NCBI GenBank assembly: GCA_003971905.1
Contig: RSEE01000062.1
Location: forward strand, 186,001-250,000
From: Moniliella sp. 'wahieum'
Lineage: Eukaryota
Reading direction: 5' to 3'
DNA length: 64,000 bases
How positions within the stretch are numbered: position 1 is the stretch's first letter; every line of letters starts with the position of its first letter. A program made the translations under genes and the position numbers. Under the pieces are notes generated by a model. The model worked only from the letters and a program-made list of their open reading frames with translations, searched no databases and had not been told where the DNA came from. Below are positions 23,079 through 35,072 of this stretch, in pieces.

Positions 23079-26000
23079 GAACTCGGGGGCGAAATGCGAA
23101 TCATCCGGGCATTATATGACAGTGGGGCATTCCCATCCATTTGGAAAGACAAATCCGTCTTCACATCCATGACCCCTTGCGACGACGAGATAGAGGTTGC
23201 TAACGGGACACATGTAAAGGCGGAAGGACGAGGCACGGCCACAATCCGTATCCGATGCTTAGGAGGACACCAAATGGAGATAAAACTCCCCAACAGCCTA
23301 TACATGCCCCGTTTCAGCCGAAATCTCGTCAGTGTAGCACACCTGTCGAACACCGGAATCGCATCATACTTCGCCCCACACCAGAAGGGTATCTGGCTTG
23401 GTAACCCAGGATCCACCCTACGAAAAGTAACCGGCAGTGACTATCAATTCACGATCTTACACAACCCGCGAACGCCACCCACACCCCTGCGGGCCATGGC
23501 GACCAAACCGATCAAACCGGCCGACCCACCCTCAACCCCAAACTCCCTCGCAGCATCCCTGGCCCTGGACCACGTCTCTAAAGCCCACAAACGCTGGAAC
23601 CACGCAGCCATCGACCTCCTCCCCTGGCTTACACGATCGGAAACCGCAGGCCTCCGCGTCACAGCCAAGCATATCTCCCTCTGTCGTTCAGAGTGGGATT
23701 GCCCAACATGCGCGGTGGCACTAGCGACAGCATCGCCCCATCCGAGCCGGGACCGCCTCCGATCCAAAAGACCTTTCGAGGTCCTCCACGTCGACGTAGT
23801 AGACCTCCCCCGGGTAACCGGCATGGGGCACGGATACGCCCTCGTCGCCGTTGATGACTTCACGCGGTACGTCTTCACCACAGCGATCCCGACAAAGGGC
23901 GCTGCAACGAAGGAACTGCGGAACCTCATATTGCGGGAGCAACGCTACGGCCCGGACAGACTGCTGCGGACTTTGCGCACGGACAACGCCCCCGAATTGA
24001 CAAGCGCACTGCAACCTTTTCTGGACGAGCAAGGCATCACGTCAGAACGGACAATCCCGGGGCAGAGTGCTAGCAACGGTGTGGCTGAGCGTGCCATCCG
24101 AACCATAACGACTCGTGCAAGGCAGTTGCTCTTGGGTACAGGTCTTCCGACGTCGGACTGGTGGGAACACAGCCTCCACGCTGCGTGCTTCACCCAAAAC
24201 CAAATGCCACTCAAAACATCCGGGGAAGACAACAAATCGCGATTTGAGCGATACAAAGGCCACGCATACTCGTTACCGATGCAACCCTTTGGCCGCGTTG
24301 CATACCTCCATCTGCCCGAGTCACGCCGCGAGCACAAGCTCAGCGCGCGGGCAGAGGAAGGTATGCTGGTAGGATACCACCATCAGCGCGGATCAAAGGG
24401 ATGGCTCTTCGCCACATACCAACCATCCCTGGGTACCTTCACCTACCGCTGGTCGAAACCGTACAAATGGGGCAACGCCATCTACCCCCATCTCCACCCC
24501 GACCACTTCCCACCCGACATCTCCAAATCACCTCAAATTAAAATCGACAGTGAAAAAGACGCTAACCCTACTCCGCCAGCCGCGGCAGCACCCATGCCCC
24601 GAACCGCCGCCACACCCCAGACACCCGCTCCCACCACCACCCCCCCTCCGCGCCGCTACCCCCTCCGCCAGCGCACCACCCGCACCTCCCTCGACCTGCA
24701 CACACTCCCAATCGCTGACGACCCCACCGACACGACCTACCATGCTCGTGCTGCAGCCGCCACGCCCCCACGCCCGCACCAGAGATCGGCATCGCCCGCC
24801 CCCTACCTGACACATCCGCCCCCCCGTTTGCCGACACAGTTCAACCTCCCGAATACGCCGCCATGACTGCTCTCAGCGCACCCATCCACCCGGACACGGT
24901 TCAGCTCACCAAGGATGGCGTACCCCTCGCTCCCAAGACGCTCAAGGGTCTCGAGACTCACCCCTCCTTTGCCATGGTCAAGCAGGCTATGGCCGACGAG
25001 GTGGCCACACTCGCGCGATACGGCACCTACGAGGCTACGTACCCACCACCGGGTGCACAAATCCTCATAGGACTATGGCGCATCACCACAAAGACGGACG
25101 CCGAGGGCCGGTTCCTGCGCCACCGCGCGCGCTTTGTCGCGGGCGGACACCAACAATCGGCCGAGACTTGGGGCCAGACGTTCGCACCATCGGTGCGCAC
25201 ACCTGCCATCCTGACCCTCGTCGTGCTGGCCGAGAAGTATAAGTTTGGCCTCTTCTCGGCGGACGTCAATGCAGCGTACCTGAACGCCCCCCTCGAAGAA
25301 GCAGTCTACATCCGCCCACCCCCCTACTTCCCCGAAGCGGGTGGTCGCGTGTGGCGTCTCAAGAAGAGTCTATACGGGCTACATCAGAGCGGAGCAAACT
25401 GGGCACGATACATCCGGAACCTGCTGCGTGACAAGCTCGGCTTCACGCAAAGCTTGACCGAGCCCTGCTTGTTCGTGCGCGCTGCACCACCGGGTGAGCA
25501 GATCCTCCTGGCGGTCCACACCGACGATCTGCTCCTCGCATGCAAGTCACACCAAAAGTACGAGGAGTTTATGGCCGAGATAAACACACACATTGATGTT
25601 CGTGGTAACGGTCCCCTTCACTACCACCTGGGATGCCAATACGATCGGATCGGTGGGGAGCTGTACCTGAGCCAACCAAAGTTCATCGAGGAAGTGGTGG
25701 CAAAGCACCACATCAAAGCCCCGTGGATCCGGACTCTCCCACATCCCGTACGGATGATACCGCCCCGTGCCGACCCTGAACCCCCATCCCTCCCAGCCTT
25801 GCGCAAGGCATATCAGGGGAAGATCGGATCGGGACTGTGGGCTGCACGAATGGGCCGGCCTGACTCCCTCTTCGCTATCACGGCCCTCAGCAGAGCCGCT
25901 GCCGACCCATCGCAGCAGCATCATCAAGCAGTCGATGACTTCCTTCGCTACCTGTACCATACTCGAGGAAAGGGCCTGAGGTTGACCCCAACATCAGATG

Positions 26001-26521
26001 CACCGGCCATTGCGCTGTATACAGATTCCGACTTGGCGGGAGATCCCATCCAGGCACGCTCCACATCTGGATGCCTACTGATGGTGTACGGTGTGCCGGT
26101 GTCGTGGCGATCCATTCTTCAGCCGAAGAGCGTTACCAGTACCGCCGCCGCCGAATATACGGCAGGATATGATGGACTGGTTGACGCCAACTATGTCAAG
26201 AACATCATGATCGAGCTTGGGGCCATCGGCGAGGGTACACCCATTCATTGGTATTGCGACAATAAGTCTGTCGTCGATCTCGCCCACAAATTTGGCAGCA
26301 CCGGCAAGCTCCGAGAGCTGAAGATCCGGTACCACAATGTACGGCAACACGTGGACTCGGGCGAGGCCATACTTGTACACATCCCCGGCGAAAGGAACCC
26401 AGCGGACGTCCTCACCAAGCCTCTCGGCCGTCCCGCCCTGACAAGCCATCTTGCTCAACTCCGCGTCGAGGAGATGGATCCAGTCCACATGACTGGGCCC
26501 TCCGGTCAGCGGGGGTGTTGA
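23079..26521 (+). CDS. pol: Copia Pol (protease, integrase, reverse transcriptase, RNase H)
   Basis: PR LYDSGA; HKRWNH...CPTC; IN LHVDVV, VDDFTRY, RTDNAPE, NGVAERAIR; RT RARFVAGG, ADVNAAYLNA, LKKSLYGLHQSG, VHTDDLL; RH YTDSD, AEY, CDN, PADVLTKPL. One frame change in the C-rich IN-RT linker (~24760-24860). Confidence 0.95.
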
Positions 26522-26675
26522 CATCCGTCCTAGGACCGCGCGGACCCTGAGTCACGTGAGTCAGCTTTCATTCCTTCCGAGCTCGCACCAGTCTTCTGGA
26601 CGAGTCAGTCGCAGAAGCTTCTTAGTCCAATACGACGTTCAGTGCTCACATTCTGTGGTAGTAGCGAGGCCGACA
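26516..26675 (+). repeat. 3' LTR
   Basis: Copy of 21617-21776; the pol stop TGA lies in its first 6 nt. Confidence 0.95.
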
Positions 26676-27276
26676 GAATTGCGAAGGGTTGTAACTTCCG
26701 GATGGTTCTCAAGTCTCAAGGGTGAGATGTAATCGCACTGGTGGTGATGGTCTGTCAACCAGCAACACCTAATACCGATAAGGAACATCAAGCAGCTAGT
26801 CGTGACCAGGGGATGCTAGCCTGTACCTTGCCCCCCCCCCCCCCCCCCCCCCCCCCCTCAATTGCTCTCCTCATCTCCTACTTCAGTGCTCCACCACTCC
26901 GCCTTGTTGTCACGGTTACTCTTTGCACCACCGCTCCCCTTTTAAGGTATGGGAGGGACGCGTCGACGCGACTCTGTATATGCCCGATCGTTGGCGTAGC
27001 CAGCCCCACCTCCCCGTCACGTGCAGGTCGGGGAGCAGTAGGGTTGTTGGCACTTTTCTTTGCCTGCTGCCATATGGAAAGTAGTAGATAGATATACCCC
27101 GGTGTCACGTGCTCGCAGGGATCCAGCGCACGCGTCTAGCCCGTCTCGCTCGCCGTGCTGCTCAGAGTCGCTGCCGTGCACACCACCCGCACGCCAACAA
27201 GAGTAGCTGTTACGACTTTCCCACATCCATCTCCAGTCAGATGCCCAATAAACAGGGATCGAGAGGTAGGTCGGTC

Positions 27277-27810
27277 GGAGGTACGTAGTCGGATCATGTG
27301 AGACATTTCTACCAAGTAGCCCCGCCATCAATCGCTTCTTCTTATCATTCGCATTGCTGCGGTCGTCAGGACCCCACCTTGTCTGGCGGCCGCATTCTCT
27401 GCGGCCAAAAGGGCCAGTGTTGGCGATCCCACGAGGGGGATACGGTCTACTCTTCGGTTTGTCTTGAGGAAAGAAAAAAGGAGACGGCAGGAACAAACGG
27501 TAAGGTCGGTCGGTCGGTCGGTCGGTCGTGGTGGTTAGTGGGTTGGTATAGGAGGTACGTAGTCGAATCACGTCACGTTTCGAACACGTCATAGAGGACC
27601 ATCGTTTTTCTTCGTTATTCATCGTTCGCGTCTCTCTGCGGGCTGGCGTACAAAGGCCCAGTGGCGATCCCTCGGGTCTACGCTTTGGATTGTCTTGAGG
27701 AAAGAAAAAAAGGAGACGGCAGATTCAAACAAAGTTAAGGTCGGTCGGTAGGTAGGTCGGGATAGGTATGGGTAGAAGAGGAATCATGTGACGTTTGTCT
27801 GACCATCGTT
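27277..27810. repeat. Diverged tandem duplication (two units plus a partial third)
   Basis: GGAGGTACGTAGTCG at 27277 and 27551; TTGTCTTGAGGAAAGAAAAAAGGAGACGGCAG at ~27459 and ~27690; each unit ends in (GGTC)n. Confidence 0.85.
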
Positions 27811-29198
27811 CCTTGGTTACTCGGTCGGCTTGCTGCCGTCGTCCGGCGGACGGGCCGGCGGGACAAGCAGCCGACCTCGTCCTTGAGCATTGCCAGAACT
27901 TTCCGTTGGCGATACTCGGGCGACTGGCCCAAATCTCTCTGTATGCAGTACAACCAGTAGCAGTACAACTGGCCCTTGTAGCGAATGTCACTCGTCATCC
28001 TTTCCCAGAACCTGACCTTCTTCTGGGCCTCAATCTCGCCGTCCTGAGGGCCGTCCTGAAGGCAGTACGGTTCATTCAGTTGCCGATTCTTCTCGCTTTT
28101 AAGAAAGGTCGAGGTTGGGTTGCGCAGCCACGCTAACACCAATGCCTTCATCTCTGGGTCGCTTTGGAACATCGCTTCCTGCTCCAACAATTGGGTACAC
28201 ACGGGTCGGATGCGCATCAGCAGCTCATCCAGCTCCGCCAAGGCAGTGCGACACGAAGCCCCGGGCTCCATATGGCTGTACCACGTTCTGGACACCACAC
28301 AGGGCATAGGGTGTGTAGAGAGAGAGAGAGAGAGGGAGGGAGGGAGGCCGGTTTCTTCGGTCAGTGGTGCTCTGTGGGATTCTTCTCCCAACACAAGTGT
28401 GAGGGGGAAAAAAAAGACAAGAGAGAAGAGAAACGGGGTGCTCATACGCACTGGTACATTTGGTTTAGTTCGCGGATCCGCTCCAGTTGGGTCTGGGTGG
28501 TGCTCGTCTTGGCCACTGCCGCGTCGCGCAGCATCTTGAACTCGTCCTCCAACGTCTGATTCCGCTTAGGGCCCCGACGAGGCTCAACGTCGTCGTCGTC
28601 GTCGTCACCTTGCACCGGAGGGACCGGCGGCCACTGCTTGTACACCAGCTCTCTCGTCGCCGCCACCTCTTGGATCGCCGCAATGCTGGTGAGGGAGGCA
28701 AAGTTGAAGGAAGCGCGATGGCGATTGGACTGCCGTAGGAGCGCAGCGAGCTCGGCACGCAGCTTGTCGCGCTCTTGGGTCATGTGCGCATTGCGCGCAG
28801 CCAGGTCGGTGCAGTATGCGCCTCATTCTGGCCCAGCTCCTGGATGGTGTTGGCCCAGCGGGTGCGAGCGTGTGGGCAGGGACTCTACTAGGCAAGGTGG
28901 CGGCGGCGTAGACCGAGTCGGTGAGAAGGGCGTTGGACGACGAAGAGAAGAGGTCGGCTAAGGAGAAGGCAGGCACGCCGCGGAGCAGGTCTTGGTACAC
29001 GCGCAGCGGGCTGTCGTCGGGCAGGACGAGGTGGACCAGGTCGGTGGTGACGAGCCAGGCGAGCAGCTGCTCGTGCACGCCAGAGGTGGGTGGCGGTGAG
29101 CAGCGGCGAGTCGTGCGGGTGGAGCTTGGCGATGGCGAGGAGCATGTCGGTCGGCAGCAGCTTCCACACGCCTGATGTTGATGGGCCGAGGAGCGCAT
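27735..29198 (-). CDS. Hypothetical multi-exon protein with coiled-coil segment
   Basis: Successive coding-like frames (WKLLPTDMLLAIAKL; QERDKLRAELAALLRQ; ALAELDELLMRIRP...YCYWLYCIQRDL), GTATG donor near 28446, TATA-like run near 29250. No recognised family. Confidence 0.5.
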
Positions 29199-30477
29199 GA
29201 TCACAACCGTGCCGTGCCAGTCGGCTCTTGGCCCTATGGCGGGACGGGTGTATATATATGTGTGGTGGGCGTTGCGGGGCGCAGTCCGGGCAGCCCTGTT
29301 TGGTGGAGGATGTGGAGGTGGCAGTGTGTGGGCGGGAATATCTCGCGCTGCTCTGCTGTGTGAGACGAATAAGAATCCCTTGTTGGTAGTACTCTGCCGT
29401 GCTGCTAGAACAGACTACTTGGTGGTGGTGTGTGTGCAAACGGTTTGTGCTCTGCTCTGTTTGGTGTGTGAAAACTATCGCTGTAGCAGAAGATGGAGAG
29501 GGGGGACAGGACGAGGAAAGAGAGCGCGGTATATATGCCCCAGAGAAGAAGAGAACATGCGAGCTTTAATCCCACGAACAAGAAGGGGAGCTTATCATAG
29601 TTTTAAAGGGGGAAAACAGGGTCTGGAACAAGCCAGGGGCCAGTCAACGGGGTGGCCAAACGGTGATCAATAAGTGGGTCTAATCTGATCCCCCGACAAG
29701 CTTTCCCGGATGAGATTGCCTTTTTTCTCACTCTGCTGTTGTGCCGCTTGTTCCCGTCTCTGTCTGCCTGGATGGGGTCACGCTTCAAGGCCAGACTAAA
29801 CGTTGGTGTGGGTGGGAATGGCTTGTGCAACACTATCAATGGACTCCAGCGTCTCGGCGCAATTACCCCGAACACATCCATCGAATGGCCGGTGTGGTGG
29901 ACTTTTGCTTCTGCAAGCAGCGCTTTGCTTGTAGTTGGCGATCGGTTGCAATCCGCTCTCGTGGCGCTTCTTGAATCGCTGCGAACGCGGATGGTTGGGT
30001 CAATGTCCAAGTCGAGAGCACCCTCGGGGGTCAGACCAACAAACGGACCCAGCCAAGCTCAAAATAATCGGCATAGTAAGGGAGAAGAAAGATAGAACTC
30101 TCAAACAAAAGAGAACTGGCATATGGAGGTTGGAAGACCACAAAGTCGGTTCGCCCATCAACGTACAAGCAGGTCAAACCAACCTAGGATCAAACCAACT
30201 GATGTACTTAGCTGTCCCGGATGAGATTGCCGTTTTTCTCACACTGCTGTGTCGCTTGCCGGGCGGCAATGTGTTGTGCTTCGACTTGTGCACAGCACTG
30301 GGAGTCATCGGATTGACGATTGGGACGGAGATGGGATTCCCATTCTTTTCACTCGCGGTCGTGCTTGCGGTCGGCATCGCTATTTAACCCCTCAGCTGTT
30401 CGCTCCCTCGCTCTCTGTTCCTCCCCACCACCACCACCCTCGTATTCCTGCCTCGCATCCTCTCGGCCCCCACCACC

Positions 30478-32620
30478 ATGCCCTCTCGTCTGTGTACCCC
30501 CGCCGATGACACGTCCTCGTCGTCGGCGCGTGCCCCCGACGCCCCCAACAACGACACCTTCCACTCCGCCCCCGACGCACCCTCCACCGACATCTCCCAC
30601 ATCACCGCCGCCACCACATTGTCAGTCGTCTCCTCTGCCCACCCGCCCTCCACTCCGTCGCCGGCCCCAACCGGCATGGCTACCCCGACGGCGCCCGCAG
30701 CCGGCAGCAATGCCTCGGTCAGCTTTAGCACCGCCAACGACACCATCAGCGGCGCCCCGTCCGCAGCCCTCCACCGCGCCCTCGGGCCGTCCGGCGTCGC
30801 CCGCCAGCCCGGCCCGGAAGAGGTCGACCGGACTACCATCATCCATGCCCCCTTGGCCAGCTCGTTTGACAAGAGCAAAAACTCCTTTACTGTCCCTGTT
30901 GTTCGCCGTGCTACGACTACCACGGGCAATGCCTCGGCCAGCAACAGTACCGTCCACGACACAACCAACGACAGCACTGCCACGGTCACCGTCGACGACG
31001 ACAGCACTGCGACGGTCACCCTCGACAACGACAGCACTACGACGGTCCCCGTCGACAACGACATGCTCGATCCTCTCCAAGCCTTCGAGGAAGCGAAGCA
31101 CCACCTCGGCGTCGTCCAGAACTTCTGGGAATACGAGCTGCAAACCTGCCACCCCAGGTGAACGCTTTGGTGCAAGAAGGCGAGTTGCTCACCCTGGAAA
31201 TCAAACGACTGGTACGTGCGCAGATAATATCCCCTCCCCTTGCTCATCTCCATATCCAACCGGTGTTCCCCACACGCTTGGTCTGACTCCTTTTTGTCCA
31301 CCCTATACTCTCTGACGTTGTTCGGGAACCCAGCATCGTCAGATCGACCAAGCGCGACAAGAGCAAACTGGCAGCCGCACCCAAGCCGAACGGATCATGT
31401 CCTACTTGACCGAAAACACGTTCGGTCCTCGCCGAGGGCGTACGCGCGTCGATCGAGCAAGCTGGGGTAGAGCAGAGCGCCGACTCGATCATGCCCGTCC
31501 TGCCGCCGTCGGCAATGCTACTCCTGAAACAGGCGTATCGTGGGAAAGTGAAGTTGAGCTGACCAAGGCGTTCGTCACCGACCTCCAACCCGCGGGGGAC
31601 ATTGGCCAGAAAACCGTCACGGCAGTGCTTGCCTCGCTCGAGTCAGTAGGACTCCCATGACCACACAATCCGAATCCACATCGAAAAAAACCCACTAACC
31701 CACCCCACCCCCCCCCCCCCCCCCCCCCCCCGATGCGTCTGTACTGTAGAGCCTGGCGTGAGCGCCAACGCGACAATGGCGGTAAGGAACTGCTCCTCCA
31801 GTGGCAAAAGTTACAACGCGACTGGGACAGCTTTACCTCCCGTTTCTTGTACTTCCAACGGCTTCCGAGCACATGAACGATTTCATCGAATTCTCATACA
31901 TGGTGGACAAGCAGAAGCTAAAGAGCGACGAGGAGCTTGGGCCGCGGATCGAAAAGCTCTTTGCTCAGCTGCCCATCCTTTTCACCATTGTGGATGCCAT
32001 GGAAATTACCGTGCCTGATATCGATCCCTTTTCGAAGCATCGACCCCCGGTTGCACGAGCTCGACTTTGCCGACCTGGACAGCGTGCTGGCATTGTTGAT
32101 GTGAGAACTCCCCTCTCGTCCCCGTCAGTTTCGACCGTTTTTTTTTGCCCCCACTCATGATGATGGTGCTCTGTTGGTTCGACCACAGGGGGGGGGGGGG
32201 GCTGCTCACTTCCACTACGGAGAGGGTGTATGTTGTGCTCTGCGTTCGTTTGGTTTTGGACCTCTACTACTGGTATGAGCATGCGGGCTCAATTCCTTTT
32301 TGTTCTTTCTCCTAGTTTTTCCTCTCCGCGCCTCACGACGGTATTTTCCACCTGTTGATGACCTCGATGAACTTCACACGGTAGCGCAGCTTTGGGTCGG
32401 GTTGTCTCCACTGGACCCGATCTGTTTCAACTCCCCGATCTCGACGATCGTATCGAGACCCAAGCACAAACGGGCTGTGTTGGGCTGCGCACGCATATAT
32501 ATGTACACGTCTCCTGATGAATTTCTCGTTTGGTTGACCTGGCCCGAGGGGGTCGCCACCGCGGGATGTAGAAACAAGGCCCAGGTAGGATGCTCAGTTA
32601 AGGATCGACATGAATGGTGA
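30478..32620 (+). CDS. Hypothetical multi-exon protein with Ser/Thr-rich N-terminus and 3x10-aa repeat
   Basis: ATG 30478 after a TATTTAA motif, 30-bp repeat at 30970-31059 (DSTATVTVDD), GTACGT donor at 31212 with CTGAC...CAG, further coding-like exons to ~32620. No recognised family. Confidence 0.5.
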
Positions 32621-32831
32621 TGAGAGAGATCGAGTGCGGAAGCGACGGTCGTCCCACTCGCTTGGCCTGCTTTGGTATTCATCAGCAGTGGGATGGGGGA
32701 AACAACACCAATGCAGCCAGAGTACCTAGTGTGGATTGAGGAGCCTCAGGCCTCCATGCCGTCCCTAGGCTCGGGATCCTCAGAGGCCCCACACCATCAG
32801 CTCAGCAACCTGAGCAGGCGCGTGTTGCTGT

Positions 32832-33649
32832 TCAAGAGTGATGCATGTGCGTTCTCTCAGCGGCCCGCGCGGTGCGGCGTTGCGGAGAAGAGGTAGGTTC
32901 CTCGTCATCCAACGAGGCAAAGAGAGCCCGCACTTGACCACTCGAACCGCCGACGTCTTGTCGCGCCCGACGAGAGGGCCGGAAAACCTGGCCTGACGCA
33001 TCCAGCACTTGCGTCTCAGCACCCCGGTTTGTCGGAGGTTGGACCGCCCGGGCGGTTGTGGAGGGAGCCGCGGTGGAGGGCAGCGACGGTAGCGGCAGGC
33101 GCGATCGCAGGCGCAGGCGTTGCACATGCGCAGGTGCAGGTTCTTCCGAATCCAATGGAGCAAAGAGAGCTCGCACCTGGCCACTGGGCCCGCCAACGTC
33201 CTGACGCACCCTGCGAGAAGGTCGGAACACTTGACCCGAGGGATCGAGTACCTCATGTTGGGTGCTCCGGCGGTCGGTGCGGGAGGGAGCGGCGACGGTG
33301 GTAGGGACCTTGTTGGACTCTCCGCTGAGACTATTGGAAAAGGAACCAACCGTGGCGTAATTAGGGAGCCAGTTGAGCTCGGTAAAGTTGGGTCCGACCT
33401 CGACTCCCTTGGTTTTGAGAAATCGATCAGCCCGGCTTTGGAAAAGACAATCGAGTGGGTTTGTGCCAAGATACCTACCGAACCAGGCTGCTCAGCACCC
33501 CGCTTTCATCATGAAGCAGTCATAGTGGGAGGAGAGCAACAGCAGACGGTGCGCGGCACGGTGGACGTACCCATCTCATACGCCCAGTCCTTGGGGTTGG
33601 ACCCGGGAGCGGTGCCCTTGTTGGGAGTGAACTCGGTCGAGATAGACAT
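32832..33649 (-). CDS. Hypothetical protein with an internal ~36-aa duplication
   Basis: ATG 33649 (MSISTEFTPNK...), GTACGT donor near 33570, duplicated VLDxSGQVFRPSRRxRQDVGGxSGQVRALFAxLDxEEP whose nucleotide differences are largely silent in this frame. Confidence 0.5.
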
Positions 33650-33702
33650 GGCGGAGCGGAGGTGGTGGTGGCGTGCAGAAGGAAGTGGGGTGGAGGCGGA
33701 TC

Positions 33703-33931
33703 TGTTGAGCCATCGGGTGTTGGCTCGTGCTTTGGCCAATGTCCCTTCAGTTCCTCATCATGCCTGGGAGCTCTGTTTTCTTCCTGTTTTTCCTTGTTCA
33801 GCAGCTTGTAGCCCCTGGTGGCGACTCGCTGCTTGATGTTCCTCTGTAGGCGTTGCTGGTTGGCTTAGACCACCACCACACCAGTGCGATTGCATCACCC
33901 TCGAGGACCATCAGGACTCCAGGTCTCATCA
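33703..33931. mobile_element. Solo LTR, family B (229 bp)
   Basis: TGTTGAG...CTCATCA termini, perfect TSD GGATC on both sides, homologous to 50799-51026. Confidence 0.9.
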
Positions 33932-34574
33932 GGATCTCTTTTTTGGGCGCGACAAGCAGAGGGTGGTGGGGGAGGCGGAACAGGGGGAGCGGAGCGAATC
34001 AAGTGACCAAGCCAGAGTTTCCCGGCAACGGGCTTAATAGAGCGTCTACTAGTCCACTGGGCGCTTGGAGAACCGGCCCCACAGCGCACACTGGCGCCAT
34101 GCCAGGCCATGTCTCGGGGGGGCATGAGGAGGCACGGGAGAGAGTAGCAAACGCGGTTAAGTAGCGGAGGCGACTAGGTAGGCAAAAGGGGGTGGGGTGA
34201 ATAGCATTGTACCCACGCATGGGGTCATCCTACTTGTACACAGTAGTGAAGAGAAGAAGGTAGCTCAAACAAAAGTACCAGGCAGCTTGGACCACTAAGT
34301 CTTACTGTGGTAAATGATACTATACGGGTTTGTTGGGGCATACTACATGCTCCTTACTGTCTGGACATGATCCTCCTTTTCGATAGAAGGAAATGCCTCA
34401 TTGGAGTCCCTCTGCGGAAATCTTTGGGAGTACTGAAGGGGAAATCAAGAGCTGCTGCTCTAACCAGACTTCATCTATTGACGGAAAAGTCGATAAGCAG
34501 AAAAATGAGGGCAAGCCAACCCTTCGGAGAGAGAATACACTCAGGGGAGGGCCATCCTCAGGTTCTAACACGAA

Positions 34575-34670
34575 GGCGAGATAGCGAAAGTGGTCTAACG
34601 CGCTGTGTTAAGGACGCTTAATCCTAAACCGCAGTCATCCGGGGCGTGGGTTCGAATCCCACTCTCGTCA
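34575..34670 (+). tRNA. tRNA-Leu(AAG) with intron
   Basis: GGCGAGA/TCTCGTC acceptor stem, D-loop GTGGTCTA, CTGTG-TTAAGG..CGCAG anticodon arm interrupted by ~16 nt, long variable arm, GGTTCGAATCC, T6 terminator. Confidence 0.9.
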
Positions 34671-34804
34671 CTTTTTTACACTGAACCCCCCGCCATTCAC
34701 TCCCAGAAAACACATAACGCCAACTACTGAATGAATGCAACCATGTATCAGGTCATGTGGTGGTCTAAGCAAATTCACTACACATGACCTGTGAGTGGCT
34801 AAGG

Positions 34805-35072
34805 TGTTGACCGGAGGTCCGAGGGCCAATCACCTCTAGCCACATCAGTGACCTGGTCATCAACGCGCTGAACGCGCATTCGATCGGATTCGCTCGGGCC
34901 TCAGATGGTCTAGCGTCCGAGCACAGTTTCTTCTTCTCTTCTCCTTCTTCTTCTCCTTCTTCTCCTTTGATTCCTGTCCTGGGCCTAGTCCCGCATCCTG
35001 TCTTCGAACCATCACCTTCAGCCTCTGTTGTCCATCAGACTTGCTGGGAGACGTACTACTAATAGGCCAATA
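34805..35072. mobile_element. Probable older solo LTR (268 bp)
   Basis: TGTTGACC...GGCCAATA imperfect inverted termini flanked by direct repeat TAAGG (34800-34804, 35073-35077). Confidence 0.5.

Larger units (their letters stand above)
21617..26675 (+). mobile_element. Full-length Ty1/Copia LTR retrotransposon
   Basis: Identical 160-bp LTRs (TGTTG...CGACA), flanking GAAT(T) duplication, gag-PR-IN-RT-RH order, G-rich PPT (AGCGGGGG) before the 3' LTR. Confidence 0.97.

Noticed and set aside
24760..24866. Programmed frameshift between integrase and RT, or a separate RT ORF overlapping at ATGA
   Set aside because: It lies in a C-run-rich linker and the RT frame is open upstream of the ATG, so one dropped C explains it. 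Needs a read check, but error is the simpler explanation.
27277..27810. CRISPR-like array
   Set aside because: Eukaryotic context, only two to three long diverged units, no constant repeat with unique spacers.
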